Origin: Octopus sinensis
Lineage: Eukaryota
Reading direction: 5' to 3'
DNA length: 64,000 nucleotides
NCBI RefSeq assembly: GCF_006345805.1
Contig: NC_042998.1
Location: 124,310,001 to 124,374,000, forward strand
Shown here: one piece after another, positions 34,831 through 48,783 of the stretch
How the letters are laid out: each line of letters opens with the position of its first letter
Numbering within the stretch: position 1 is the first letter of the stretch
Made by a program: the position numbers and the translations under genes
The notes under the pieces: generated by a model
What the model was told of the DNA's origin: nothing
What the model saw: the letters and a program-made list of their open reading frames with translations, nothing else
The model's database searches: none

Positions 34831-37800
34831 CACATGTTAATGAAAAATATACACCAATAAATATAGATATACACCGAACCGAGTTGTAATAATTCACATC
34901 TAAAAGCAAGAATGACTTGGATCTCGAGTCAACCATGAGCTAAAACTTCAGTTTCGTTCATCACCATGTGTGTACGTGTACGTGTGTGTGCGTGTACGTG
35001 TGTGTGTGCGTGTGCGTGCGTGCATGCGTGTCTGTATGTGTATATATGTGTGTGTGTGTGTGCTTTTGTGCGTATATATGGGGAAGGTGCGTATGTGTAT
35101 AGATGCATAATTGACCAGTGTGTTTACCATAGCCTCGTCTGAAGCTTTGTGAATGCAATCTAGGTAACAAAAACTCTAGGAGAACCGTTCCGACCAACTA
35201 AACGTGTAATTGAAAGGTTTAGACTAGCTGCTTAGCGTTTCACATTTACTCACCTTGAAAATCCCATTATGGCAGCACATGCTTGCAAAATATTCAGTCA
35301 CTTCCGTGTTAATTTAAGAACTGGGAAGTTTATTTCTCAGATAACCGAATTCACATCACCAAGTGGTATGCCCCCTTTTTAAATTTAAGATGGCTAATAT
35401 CCGTGTGAGTGGTTCCGGAGATAAACGCGTTGATTAACTTAACCCTACTTAATGTGTTTGTGTGCGTGTGTGAGAGAGAGAGAAAGAGAGTTGTGCGTGT
35501 GTGTGTGTGCATGTGTGTGTGTTTGTATGTATGTATGCTTGTATCTATACATTTGTGTCTACATATATCGGGTGTGGTCAATATTCGTACAAAACTGTTG
35601 TAGCCTACATGATATAAACAGACATCTAGATAAGCTTTTTGCTTTATTCAAAAACTTGTTTTCATAGAAATCTAAATATGCTTGTGGATTAAATTTAAAC
35701 ACATTAAGATGGAAACTATTGTATCAGTGCAAGCATATAATCATGTGATTTAATTATTATTGTAAATTTATGCTCAAATATAATGTGACAATATCCATTG
35801 TATTTCAACGTCAGAACGAGGTCCCTGTGATAGCATATCAACTCTGGATCTCCTAGCAACTAATCATTTAGACTGCATACTGTATTCAGTCATGGCCTGT
35901 AGTATTTTCTCAATCGAACGAACCATCTGTAAAAAGAAATTATGATTGACCAATACAAATAATTAATTATTAAAATGCAAACAACACCTGGTTTTAAACT
36001 ACATTTGAAAAGTTTAAAACGGCACATCATTTTCAATTTCATAATAGCGAAAGGAGAATAGCAGTGTGACGGGGCTATAGAATGATCGTTAAAAAATGTT
36101 TTCCATGCAGAAATTTTCATTCAGTATTAACGTTAATTACGGCTAAGGTAAAGTGTTGCTGCATGACGTCATTAATATGTGTAGGATTTGCGTATTTTTT
36201 CTGTCCTTACGAAAACATAATGAAATATATTTCATTTTGTTGTATCTTTTGCCATTATTTCAATATACTGAAAATTATAGAAAGGAATGATTTCAATATT
36301 TCAATTGCTGACACACAACTAATTCAATAGGAAATAAAACTAATGCATACATTCTATACATTAAGCTCTCTATCAATAAAAAAAAAATAATGCACTTCTA
36401 AATATATCATTTGGCATTGTGTTAATAAAGAGCAAAAATATTTTAGATTTATATAGAATCAATAATTATCAATTAATTTTACTGAAATTTTAAGCTGAAT
36501 ATTCCAAAAGTTATTAAAATGTATACAGAATAAATGCCAAGTTTACATTATAATACGATTCTTGAGGAATTGGTAGAGTTCTAAATGAAATTCCTTGCAA
36601 TAATCTTTTTTCCAGGTCGCATGCGCCTGTCAGCCTTTCGAAGGCGAATCTTCATTCTGAATTCCAGTAGATATTAACCGTTTCCTCAAATAGTATTGAA
36701 GTGATGGTATGTGTGGCTTGTAGCCACATTTCGACTAAATTAATATTCTCTCTTTTTACAGGTTTCTCTAATTGAACTGAAGCCGTGCCGGTGTACCAGA
36801 TTTTAGGGCGTCAGACAAGTGAATTGATTTCATCACTTTACTGTTTAATTCATCGATTTCTTAAAAGTGAGTTGTCCTCTTTAGCTGTCATTTCAAATTA
36901 AGACGAAAGATTATTTTAAACGTATCCCTTTAAAGATATTAGAGATTTCACTCGAGAAGAAAACGATCAGACCGAAAGAGGACAAGCGGTGACTAGAGGA
37001 AACAGACGGAGAAGGTAATATTTATGGGATTCTTACAATTGAGTTGATCGTTCGATCGTTTTCTCTCCAAAGATAAGTAATCGTATTTAGAATTATTTAT
37101 TGCCTATAAAGTTTTGGGTTAACTAATGCTTATCCCTAATATATATTAGAGCTAATTTCAGCGAAGAAGAAGAAACATCATGTAGCTTGTCACTGACGCC
37201 TATCCCTGCATACAGAAATGTGTCACGAAAAGAAGTATGAATAACACATTAGGATATAAACATATTGTATAATATGAGATGCGTTATTTTTTGACAGACA
37301 TGTAAGTAAAATACAAATCAATTAGAAAGAATCTCTAACACACGAGAAAGAAGTCGTTACCTGGGTTAGAGTATCTAACAACCCGGAACTAACTTCTGCT
37401 TTCATGTACTCTAAATACATATAATAAAATGGACTAGCTTGAAAGGGACTGTGAGCGTCTCGAGTGAAGTAGTGTGTAGGACACTGCTCACCTTCTTCGG
37501 GTAGCTAAAGTATAGCTATGTGTATAGTTTAATGTTTATAACTAGTTGATCGCTTCGTATTCTACGTAGTCGACGCTCTTATCAGTCAGAAATTCATCGT
37601 TTCTTTCTTAGTGCAGTTCGAACTTTTCTTATTCCTTGCTTATAACAAGGACTGAAAACTTCATACGGTTCTGAGAGTGATGGCCGTCTCTCTGCATGAC
37701 ATATTTGCTGCTTATTTGAGTACACTTTTGAGAAAGGCCTTTTGAGATCTTTTCCTTATTTTTTCCTTATTTACCCATTTTTGTTTTATACATTTTCCAT

Positions 37801-39697
37801 TTGCACCCACATAATCTCATGACATCAGGGTGCTTTACGTGAACACTCAAGTATTCTTTGCCGGGGAGTACTGTTATAGTCGGTTCCTCAAGCTGAGCTC
37901 GGGAGTGCAACTCGTGTTCTGGAAAAAATCACTTCTGGAATGTTTCTGCCTCTATTTTCTCTTCACTGCTTTTCAAACTTCTCTGAGCAGAAAATATTAA
38001 GTGGCTTAACTTTCTTCTTGCACGTAGAAAGAAGTAAAGGTGGAAAATTTCTTTGCGATCTTCCTAGTTTAACACCACCAGCACGTTCATGCAGACTTTC
38101 CCTGAACACGTATCAGTGTGTTTCCCTTAGAGCCCACCACTTGTCAATTTCTTTTATTCAATACGTCATTAGGTCAGCGACAAGTCCTGGTGACTTCGTT
38201 GCCAAATTATGAGTTTGTCAGAAAATTTTCATGGAAAAATGCTGAGGTGACCCTTATTGTTTGACACTATTTGCCAGCTTGTTGTAGTCAAGCGCCAAAA
38301 CATAAAACACAGAAGTGGTATTCTTATTGGTTTTAACTCATATCTCAGAAGATCATTTAGCTAAATCACACAAGCGTGAATGTCGTGCAGTCCTTTGGAG
38401 TGAAATTCTTTTCGAGTGCATGTGACCATTTCATTTACTCTCACCGAATTCCTTATATTAATGTTTTTCTTTGTCTCCTCAACAGTCTGTCACGTCTCCC
38501 AAGCCTTCATTTGCTCCCGTTTGTTGCAAACGCATAGGATTTTATTCATGGAAGGAGTGGTTTAGACCCTTTTTATTCCTCTGGCTTAACTGCTCCTCAG
38601 AGCAGAAAGCCCTCGAGTGTTTTGTGTTGTTGCAAATCGGTTTTACGCGCTGCACCGATAGCTTCAATGAATTTCTAAGCTCAAAACGGAGATTTGTGTG
38701 AGTGGTCCTGTAATCTTTAGGGGTCATTCAGGCTTAGAAATATATGCATCCCTCCCAGCATACGTAGGATTTATTGTCACCTCTGCACTTATGACCAATA
38801 AATAATAACAGTACAAAGATAAAAAGAAATCAAGAGTCAGTACCACTTTTATCTACCAAGTTATATCCTGTACTACGTGACAGACGATCCCGAAAATGAA
38901 ACATACACTAACGTACACCCTACTCTGCTCAAATGAGAAGATATTGCCCCACATGTTGACCAGGGACTCATTCTCTTACTCCTTACCAGAACAGTTTTAA
39001 AATACATTAAGGTATTAACTAATATAACTAGGTGTGGCAAACATGAGAACCTAAATGTTTAAGATGAAGCGATTAAGATAAAAAATATAGTTTACTTCGA
39101 ATCTACAGAATTAATGAACAGCGGTGATAAAGTTATTTCATCACAGTGAAATGCTTTGTATATTTTCCTAACTTCTTCTTTGCTAAATGTTTTGTCTTTT
39201 TTCCTTCCTCTTCACATAAGGAAGAATTGAACCTTAGTTACTTCGTAAAATAGAGATTCAATCAATTCGAAATAGCAGCTAGATACAAATCTTAAGATCC
39301 TTATATTTGAAAAGGAAAAGAAGAGAAAATAATTCAGGTGATATATTAATATTATATGATATACTTCCCCCAAACAATGATTTAAGTCACAATAAAGTAA
39401 TATTGCCTTCAGGCTTCTTATTTTTTTCCTTGCAAAATAAATGAAACGAGCAACTAATAATTCAATAGCCAAAATATGAGGGTAAATAAAACTAAAAATG
39501 ATGAAAATATAATACTAATGAAGTAAATTGGGAAAGGAGAAGACAGGTACTGCAAAGAGGATAATGATAATACATAGGATAATTTCTTTTATTAGTGTTG
39601 TCCGATTTTAATTCATAGTTTCCGGTTGTGTATTCAAAGATTTGGTTTTGGTTATATTACAGATGAGAATTAGCATTCACTTCAATGTTAAGCTTAA

Positions 39698-39906
39698 CCA
39701 TTTAGCATTCACATTTTTCTGTTAAACGTAGTGCTTATTTTATTCACATTCTTTTTAATTAAACATGCACTATCTTGTAATTTTGAAATTGATGAAATTT
39801 AATGTTCACACTGATATTGCAGGGCAGGTGGATGATGCCTGATTTGGCTTGAACATAAATGCATAGACTACTGTAATCTTGATATGGACGGTTTAAATGC
39901 TATGGC
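39698..39906. mobile_element. piggyBac-type MITE, degenerate
   Basis: TTAA at 39694-39697, then CCATTTAGCATT. The right end is AATGCTATGGC followed by TTAG (decayed TIR and TTAA target). Confidence 0.6.
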
Positions 39907-42539
39907 TTAGTAGGTGTGCATAAAATGCGCATGTGGGTTAATAAGTAAAGAATACTGAATACTGCGTGGTTTTGGCTCACTACCTACTGAAAATATACTT
40001 AGATTATCAGTCCAAGGGAATAATTATTGTTAGATCATGTTTCAAGTAATAGAAGTTCCTGTGATTGTTCAGAAATACAGAAGAAAAAAAACCAACTCAG
40101 TAAATATTTTAAACTCATTTTCTTTTGAAACGCCGCAATGAATAGGTAAGCGAGTCAAGGTCAATCTTGCAATGCATTTCCTAAACGTCAATATACTGCT
40201 ACATAATATTACATTGCCATCTTCCACCTACGTAGCTGCTTTACAAATCAAAACCACCAACTAGTGTATATCCACATCTTATATTTGAATATGTTTATCA
40301 TGGATAGTCATAATGACCCAATTCGGGAATTGTGTTATTTTTCAGTATTTCGTGTAAACATTTGTATATGCTATAAAGATATTCAAACTATTCATTCTAA
40401 GTATAACCACAAGGAAAAACATATTGTGGAAACAAAATATTCATTAGATAGATAAAGGTTTGTGTAAAGAATAAAAGCCTTTTAGCTTAATTCATATGTG
40501 TCTGCCTCATAAAATGGAAAGAAGACAGAAATCAGACAGCCTGGGGGCTAAACTAGACCAATTAACTGATCGTGTGTGCGCCTGGTTATATTAAGCCTTA
40601 CAAAGCTGACACCAACATTAGTGTTCTTAAAGGTGCCCATGTACTATAGCAAGTTGATGATATATTGATTTTTAAACATTCAGATATATCATAAAGGCCC
40701 TCATTCGCTTATTGTCGAGGAATGTGTTCGGTTTCAGTTAGCAAATTTATTGTAGAAAAGTGAATAACTTGCGAAGAATCATGTTATATGTGTTTATGTT
40801 TGATTTGTGCAATTTTACTGAAAATATTATTTTTGCGGCTCAGCTATAATAGTTACATTTGTGCTTGTTGCGCATCGCACGCTATTGGTTGAGGAGATAA
40901 AATAGCCTGAATGGCATACAAGGAATAAAAACACGAAAGAGAAATGCAATGCGTTTCTGAACAGATGTAGAAGAAACATTTAGATACATAGTAATACCTA
41001 GTTGGGGTGATGTATTAGGAATCATGAGTAAAGCTCTCTAAACGAGAATTCCGGAAATTGCAATGATTATGTAATTAAAAGTATCTTAATTATAATAATG
41101 ACTCCAAACTTTGGCTCAAGGCCAGTAATTCTAGGGGATGGATAAGTCAATTTCATTGACCACAGAGTTCAACCGGTACTTATTTTCTCTACCCCGATGG
41201 TGGAATTTAACTCAGAAGAGTTCATCATTATTAGAGTCCACTCCTGGATCCAATAGGTAAAGTAAATGCCATGTCGAAAAAATAATTGAATCGCTGGTCG
41301 ACAACATATGGCAGATATCTTATTGTGGTTTACACAAACATACTTATTCAAATATTCAAATGCTCCAAGTAATTTAGATGTAAAGAGATGCCATAGGGCA
41401 TGAACAAGACTACTATATAAGCAGTAAGAATGTTGCAATTCTGTTTAGCTTAAATAGATTTATTTTTCAATATTTTTCGGGAATAGCTGGGAGTTGTCTC
41501 GGCTTCGTCAGGCGTATTGGTTCTAGGTAACTATAAAACAACTAAATCCTCATTGGTGTTCTTACAACGCGGCTTTGGTATTGCTATAGGGTTTTAAAGA
41601 TATAAAAACCGGTTTATAAATTCCTCATAGTATGAGCTGAAATTTAAGTTTTACTTTTCTTTACGCAAATTGAATTTAACATTAGCTTCTTTTGATGAGG
41701 CACCTAAGAGATGTATGTTTATGAGAAGGAAAACGAGGTTTTGAAACATTCGTTCTTTTCATGAGACATTAAGGGAAATTAAATGTGTTTAGGCATAAAT
41801 TGAAATATATCAGTATGTGGGATTGCTGGGATTGTATTTCTCTCATGAATTCCCGAGAGGTTAAGATCAATACGAATTTCAATGTGACTACACACAATAA
41901 TATTCAAGAGAGGGGAATATGAATAAATGCAAGTCCTTCAAACATTTCCCTAACTGGAAATAAGGGAAGTGTGATACTTTCAATGCCTCCCATTTTGACA
42001 GAACTTTGTATCGCACTTTGTGGTGAAGTATAAAATTTGTTGAAAAGTGATACCCTACATCTACGCAAGTTCATAAATTTACTAGAGGGAAGTATAGTAT
42101 ATTATATGACCCGACCGGAAGTAAACCAACGAGAAGTAAATGAACAGTGCAATACTCAAGTAATGCCATTAGTCGTATTCCTTTTAAATTTAAGTGAATT
42201 TAACTGTGATGAATGTAGACAACCAGAACTATAAATGCGGTCGCTATACCTCTCAGAAAGAGGTACAACATTTCTTACTGATGTCTTTCTATCCTTAAAA
42301 TATGAAAGGATATACAAATATTCTGCTTCTAGTCACATAACATATGAATAAAAACTATACGTTTTACATAGTGTCAGCATCAGTTGAACATGGAAGACTT
42401 ACCAAAACTTTCTTTAGTTTCGATGCACTGCCGTCAGCACTCGCATGCTAAAGTGTGTCACTCTTGTAGTTACGTTTGACCTTTATCGTCCCAGTTTTAG
42501 CTCTTGTGTTACAGAGTAAACATTGTCACTCCACGGTAG

Positions 42540-42960
42540 TGTTCACCAAAGAAGAATAGAAATCTGATTTAATCGTGCACCAAGGGTTGCAATTCAACAC
42601 AAGTTTTCTGTACACTGCGGGGACAACCCTCTACCGTGTAGAAGTGTGTATAAGTGGATCGCGAAGCCTAAAACTGTATGGACAAGCGTGAAGCACGAAG
42701 AGGGAGGATCTGGACAATCGTGAAGCTTGAGGGACGGATCTGGAGAACCGACGAGTGGTTATCGATGAGATGGTATGTTCTCTGAAATTTGTCTTGGTTC
42801 TGCTTACGAAATCATCCACAATAAGCATCACTTCTGCAATGTTTGTGCGGGATCAGTGCCAGTAAACCTTATAGAAATGCATAAGCTCAATCGGATGGAG
42901 ATCGATCTATCAAAGTTGACCCGATCGCTACAACGATGAGGGCAGGGCTTTATTGGAGAG
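42540..42960 (+). mobile_element. mariner transposase N-terminal relic
   Basis: Frames give CGDNPLPCRSVYKWI..TSVKHE, LENRRVVIDEM and YEIIH, matching the mariner HTH region; frameshifted. Confidence 0.6.
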
Positions 42961-43544
42961 AATAGTTATAGATAAGATATGGGTACAGCTTTTCTGATTT
43001 TACGTTCTGAGTTCAAAAGCTGCCGGGACTGACTCTTCTTTTCATCCTTCCAGGGTTCATAAAATAAGAACCAATTGACCACTGCGATCGATATAATTGA
43101 TTTACTCCTTTCCACGAAATTGCTAGTCCTGTGCCAAAATTTGATACTAAATATTATCGAATGCAATAGTTGTCGAAACATAAGGTAAGATTCTGATTGG
43201 TTATAGACCATAACCAAGAATATACCGATAGAATTACTATGAACCATAAACTCAGACCCTGCCATAAGAATACTTGGAGTTCTTCACTAATCTAAACAAT
43301 ATTGTTAGCCTAGAGTACCAACATAGGGCTTATGAAGTATTTAGTCCGGATTGTTAATGCTTCACTATTAGCTCGTATATATGTATATGACTTTTCTTTT
43401 AATTAAGTTATTCTAACAAAGCGACAAGGCTTATTTAGTCAAGAGAGTTCCCGGTGTTTATGAATATGTGTTTGAGTTGGTGTGTTGGCTTATATGTCGA
43501 TGCATATACCCAAGTATCTGCATCTATTTATATAAGAATCTCAC

Positions 43545-45170
43545 ATGGGAATTTCTGGAATGTCTTACAAATGTTCACTGTGCCAACAATAGAATGGATT
43601 TGGAGAATCTGCGACAGTTGCATTTGCTCTTTTTCCGTGAAACCAAGTGTTACTAGGTATTTGTACACATTAGTTAGTACACAATTTAATGCACATATGA
43701 AGATAGGTAAAAATATAAGATCTTAGTCAGAGTACAAGAGCTCCATGTTTCACATTAATTCACCATGAATGTTCTCCTTCTCCTGGACTTTTGATTATAC
43801 ATTCACTTCTGCTGAGCAGCTGAACTCTACAACAGTACATGACTTTTGTTCCCTGTCTCACAGAACAATATCAGGTCTGTTATATTTGACAGAATTTATG
43901 TTTTTATCGGAGTATTCCACCAGTATTCCCTGTTTTTAAAGGAGTAAATACCTGCTGGATCTGACATGCCTTTGATGTATAGGTAATTATCTAGAAGACA
44001 TTTTGGGATAGCTGCCGATGATGTAGATGATATCTTTAATACTGGTATAGCAGTGTGCAAATTTGTAATTTGTCCTTTTTGTATACCAGGACTTTAGTAG
44101 CTATCTTCGATTCCTGGATATTGAAGACATATCCTTCTAGGTGGGATGTAATGTATCTTTCGCAGGTTCAGAAGACTCTTCCTATCAATGTTGTTGTTGT
44201 GCCCTAGCTTACCATACGGGATATGTATCCATGCATTGCATTTTGTTGGTATGATGCCTGCTTCGCTTCCAAGCTTCTATTTATGTCGGACATTCCAGCT
44301 CCCTTTGGGTCGCACGAGACAGTTGCATTTTCAAAATAACGGTACAGTAACACCTCAATATCTGCTGTTGCTTTCACTTTTGAGAAAGCATTGAATATGC
44401 TCATTTCTTTCCTTACTGCTAGGCAAGCGCTGTCTGAGTGATACAATGCAACATTCAAAGGCTGTTTATGCTTCTACCGCCATCAATTGCCTCACATAAA
44501 TCCTATCGGTGTCACTGTTAATGTGGAAGTTGCCAGTGCTGGTGAGTACCAGGCTGCGTATCTCATTGAGTGTCCTGTCCAATATCTCATATGTTGGCAC
44601 TAGCACTGGTGCTGCAAAAGTATTGTGAGATACGCTCTTGTTAAATGAAAAGCGCTATGTGTTCCATATTCTCCGAAGTCTACAAAAGTAATCTTTTGTT
44701 ATTCTAGCTTTAGTCACAGCATAAATTTATGCAACATTCGCATTGACTCCGATATACTTGTAGCTTTCATCATTAGCGATAAGAGAGATAGGCAAGCCAT
44801 TGATGTACATGCTCTCTGCTTGATCGAAAATCTCTCCTCGAATGATCATATCATGTATGATCATTTATCTTGACAAATCTCCATTCCAATAGCTAATGAG
44901 AATGTGGTAACTAGTTCTAATTTTTTCTTGATGTTGGTCATATTACCAGAACATAATTTTAGGTTTTCAACAAAAAATGTGTGCGTGACATTAACCTTAT
45001 TCTTTTATGCATATCGCAGCATGTAGCTTTGGCATTTTGTTAACAGGGCTGACAAACGATTGACTGCCAGTACAAGCACCATTACAGATAAACTATCATT
45101 TGAGAATATGCCTGTTGATAGCTTAATTCTGTTTGTAACAATAGATTTTGCGTTAGCAGCTGTCAGCCAA
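43545..45170 (-). mobile_element. RLE-type (R4-like) LINE, degenerate, same lineage as 8430-8897, 5' end abutting (CATA)n
   Basis: GIFSNDSLSVMVLVLAVN (RT), NTFAAPVL, DIIYIIGSYPKMSSR (knuckle remnant), EYWWNTPIKT, LQIHSIVGTVNICKTF. Confidence 0.8.
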
Positions 45171-45182
45171 TATGTATGTATG

Positions 45183-45243
<61 letters not shown>

Positions 45244-45408
45244 TGTATGTATATATGTATGTACGGAAGAAGACAGAATTTTCTATCAAAACTGAAGCAG
45301 AGAGTTTGTCACACCATAACTCGAGCTTCACACCACGGTGAGCATATACACATGTCTAAGTTGTTGCACAGATACACACACACGCACACACATATATATA
45401 TGTACATT

Positions 45409-45451
<43 letters not shown>

Positions 45452-45818
45452 TTATATATATATATACATATACATTTATATATATACATGCATTCATATG
45501 TATAGGTAAATGTACATATATATACATGTATATGTATATGTACATATATACATGCACATGTATATGCACATATATATACACACATACACATACATATGTT
45601 CAGACAATTGTGTGGATGTGTATGTTTGTTTGAGCATGGTGTATATGTATATAATTTCTCTCTTCAAGGAATAAATAATATTTAACTATTTCTATAAATG
45701 ATCTACCTTTACATACCTAATTAATTTATTAATTGAAATATCTATATGCGTCTTCTGTGTGAGCATGTTTGCGTGTATTTATATATATATATATATACGC
45801 GTGCGTGTGTGTGTATGC

Positions 45819-45910
<92 letters not shown>

Positions 45911-45945
45911 ATGTATGTATGTATGTATGTATGTATGTATGTATG
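45171..45945. repeat. Compound (TATG)n, (TA)n and (TG)n microsatellites
   Basis: Direct reading. Confidence 0.9.
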
Positions 45946-46593
45946 TATTAATTTTTGCATATTGATGCCAACATCTTCGGAAACAGACATTTACTCTAAG
46001 ATCAAAGCAATATTATTTAACAGCAATTATTTTCACGTACATTCGTGACAAAATTTTGAGAGCGACCTGTTTTAATTTGGTGTCTATTCAACGTTTTATT
46101 CCTGAGCATATTTCATTCTTGAAAAGTTATATTACATATTATTTTCAATATATATGAAAACGTTATACCATTAAGCTGGTAATTGTATTCAAATAATATC
46201 GATCGGTTTTGTGCTTACTGAAACGCATAATATTTCTAACAAACACATATATACGATGAAGTATTTTCAAGTTATATTAACGAATTGCAATGAAAATATG
46301 TATAGATTATTTTATGAAGAGACTTGATATGCATAAAAGCAAACTTCTCGTTTATACATAAACAGAGCACTTGCATTTGAGGATAAAATTGAAAATATTT
46401 TATATGAAATTATCTCACAATATAAATATATGCATTTGCGTATATCTTGTTAGAGAGACTGAAAAATATATCAAATATGCTTTCATGGTTGTTGAGATAA
46501 TATTGCTTCAATTATAATATAATTCTAATAAAAACAATGAAATTTGCAAATTTAACCTAGGAGTGCTGACTGCTTTGGTGTTTTCAATATTTT

Positions 46594-47220
46594 AAGGCTG
46601 CGAGCTGGCAGAAACTTTAGCACGCCGGGCAAAATGCTTAGCGATACTTCCTCTGTCTTACCGACGTGAGTTCAAATTCCACCGAGGCCGAATTTGCTTT
46701 TCATCCTTTCGGGGTCGATAAATTAAGCACCAGTTGAGTACTGTGGTCGATCTACTCGACTCGCCTACTCCCCCAAAATTTTGGTCCTTGTGCCTCGAGT
46801 AGAAAATAATAATTGCTTTAATAAGCCGGCGAGTTGGCAGAAACGTCAGCACGCCGGGCGAAATGCTTAGCGGTATTTTGTCTGCCGCTACGTTTTAAGT
46901 TCAAATTCCGCCGAGGTCGACTTTGGTTTTCATCCTTTCGGGGTCGATAAATTAAGTACCAGTTACGCACTGGGGTCGATCTAATCGACTTAATCCGTTT
47001 GTCTGTCCTTGTTTGTCATCCTCCGTGTGTAGCCCCTTGTGGGCAGTAAAGAAATAGTTATTTCGTCTGTCTTTACGTTCAAATTCCGCCGCGGTCGACT
47101 TTGCTTTTCATCCTTTCAGGGGCCGATATTTTAAGTACCAGTTGCGTACTGAAGTCGATCTAATCGACTGGTCACCTCGCCAAATATTTCGGGCCTTGTC
47201 CCTGGAGTAGAAATGAATAT
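46594..47220 (+). mobile_element. Three head-to-tail family-2 SINEs (core resembles Meta/MESC-type domain)
   Basis: Copies at about 46594-46810, 46823-47056 and 47057-47220, sharing TTCAAATTCC.CCG.GG.CGA.TTTG.TTTTCATCCTTTC.GGG.CGATA. Confidence 0.88.
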
Positions 47221-47504
47221 TTCAGCAGTTTTTTCATGATCTGATTACGGTTTCTAGCGAATATGATATATCTAGTGTTAAATGTGTGTGACGTAGTCTC
47301 AGTACCTGTCTAAGAAGTGAATGGAAGGATCGTTGTTTGTGTATGTGTAATTCTATAATTACTTAACTGCTAAAATAGCATTATTATCAGATGACAAATA
47401 GATATAATGTGTAGGTTTCATTTACTATAATAATTTTGAATTACTTTTCTCCTTTACATCACGGTGTATATTAAGGCGTTATAGACCAGAGTTTCATTCA
47501 ATTC

Positions 47505-47527
47505 ATGCACATACACACTCACACACA

Positions 47528-47615
<88 letters not shown>

Positions 47616-47690
47616 CTAAACACACAAAAAACATATATTCATATAAATTCATATAAAATATATATGTATGTAAATATATAGATAGATAGG

Positions 47691-47760
<70 letters not shown>

Positions 47761-47772
47761 GATAGATAGATT

Positions 47773-47855
<83 letters not shown>

Positions 47856-47885
47856 GGATAGATGAATGGATACATATATATATAT

Positions 47886-47965
<80 letters not shown>

Positions 47966-47980
47966 TAGATAGATAGATAT
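47505..47980. repeat. (CA)n, (TA)n and long (GATA)n microsatellites; another (GATA)n(CATA)n tract at 12150-12270
   Basis: Direct reading; source of the IYLS ORFs. Confidence 0.97.
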
Positions 47981-48619
47981 AATCTGCGCAGGTAGGAAGT
48001 AGGCAAGATTAATTTTTCGTTTTAAGAATAGATTGACATAGTAACCATGCGAAATTAATATAAACTATTAGGCAGAGTCTAATACCTTATATTTCACTTA
48101 CTTATTCAATCGTCGCAAGCCATAGATTTTCTGATAGTGAGTTAGAACTGAATTAGAAGTTATGAAATGACATTACTACTCATGTGAGAAGCCCTTATCC
48201 TAAAGTTCCATTTACTTACTCCTCATTATATCTAACAACTTGCGCATAGTGACTCCCTAAGATAATATCGTAAGTCCAGTAAAGCATCTGATGAGCTTCT
48301 ATCAGATCAAAGCTGTAAGGCGCATTCAAAATCACGTTTGAAGGCAGTTCGCCATAGGACACATTTATTAGGGAGTACTATCAAGGATTTTTTTCAATGA
48401 ATCCAGAGCCAAGGGCTATGCCACAAAGCGCCAATCTGTTATGAGTATTTAGCATGTAACTGATTAATATTTATATTATATGTAACTACTGATGCTTTGT
48501 TGTCACCTGCTATATTCATTCCATCGAATTTAGAACTAATATATATCTCATTACAACTAGCAATTATCATTTGCATATACAACCATTCTATACGTGTTGT
48601 TTTATTGAAATAAATACTG

Positions 48620-48783
48620 ACAATTTGGGGGGAAAGGACCAGTCGATTAGATCGACCCCAGTACACAACTGGTACTAATTTATCGACCCCGAAAGGATGA
48701 AAGGTAAAGTCGACCACGGCGGAATTTGAACTCAGAACGTAAAGACCGAGGTGCCAAATTTTTCTGCCAGCTCGCCGCCTTAC
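48620..48783 (-). mobile_element. Family-2 SINE with internal deletion
   Basis: Reverse complement of AGGCGGCGAGCTGGCAGAAA..GAGTTCAAATTCCGCC..CCTTTCATCCTTTCGGGGTCGATAAATTAGTACCAG. Confidence 0.85.

Noticed and set aside
48288-48315. CTGATGAG motifs at 48288 and 52666, and CTGATGA at 13429
   Set aside because: The first two have no correctly placed GAAA. The third has GAAA but no stem II or III.
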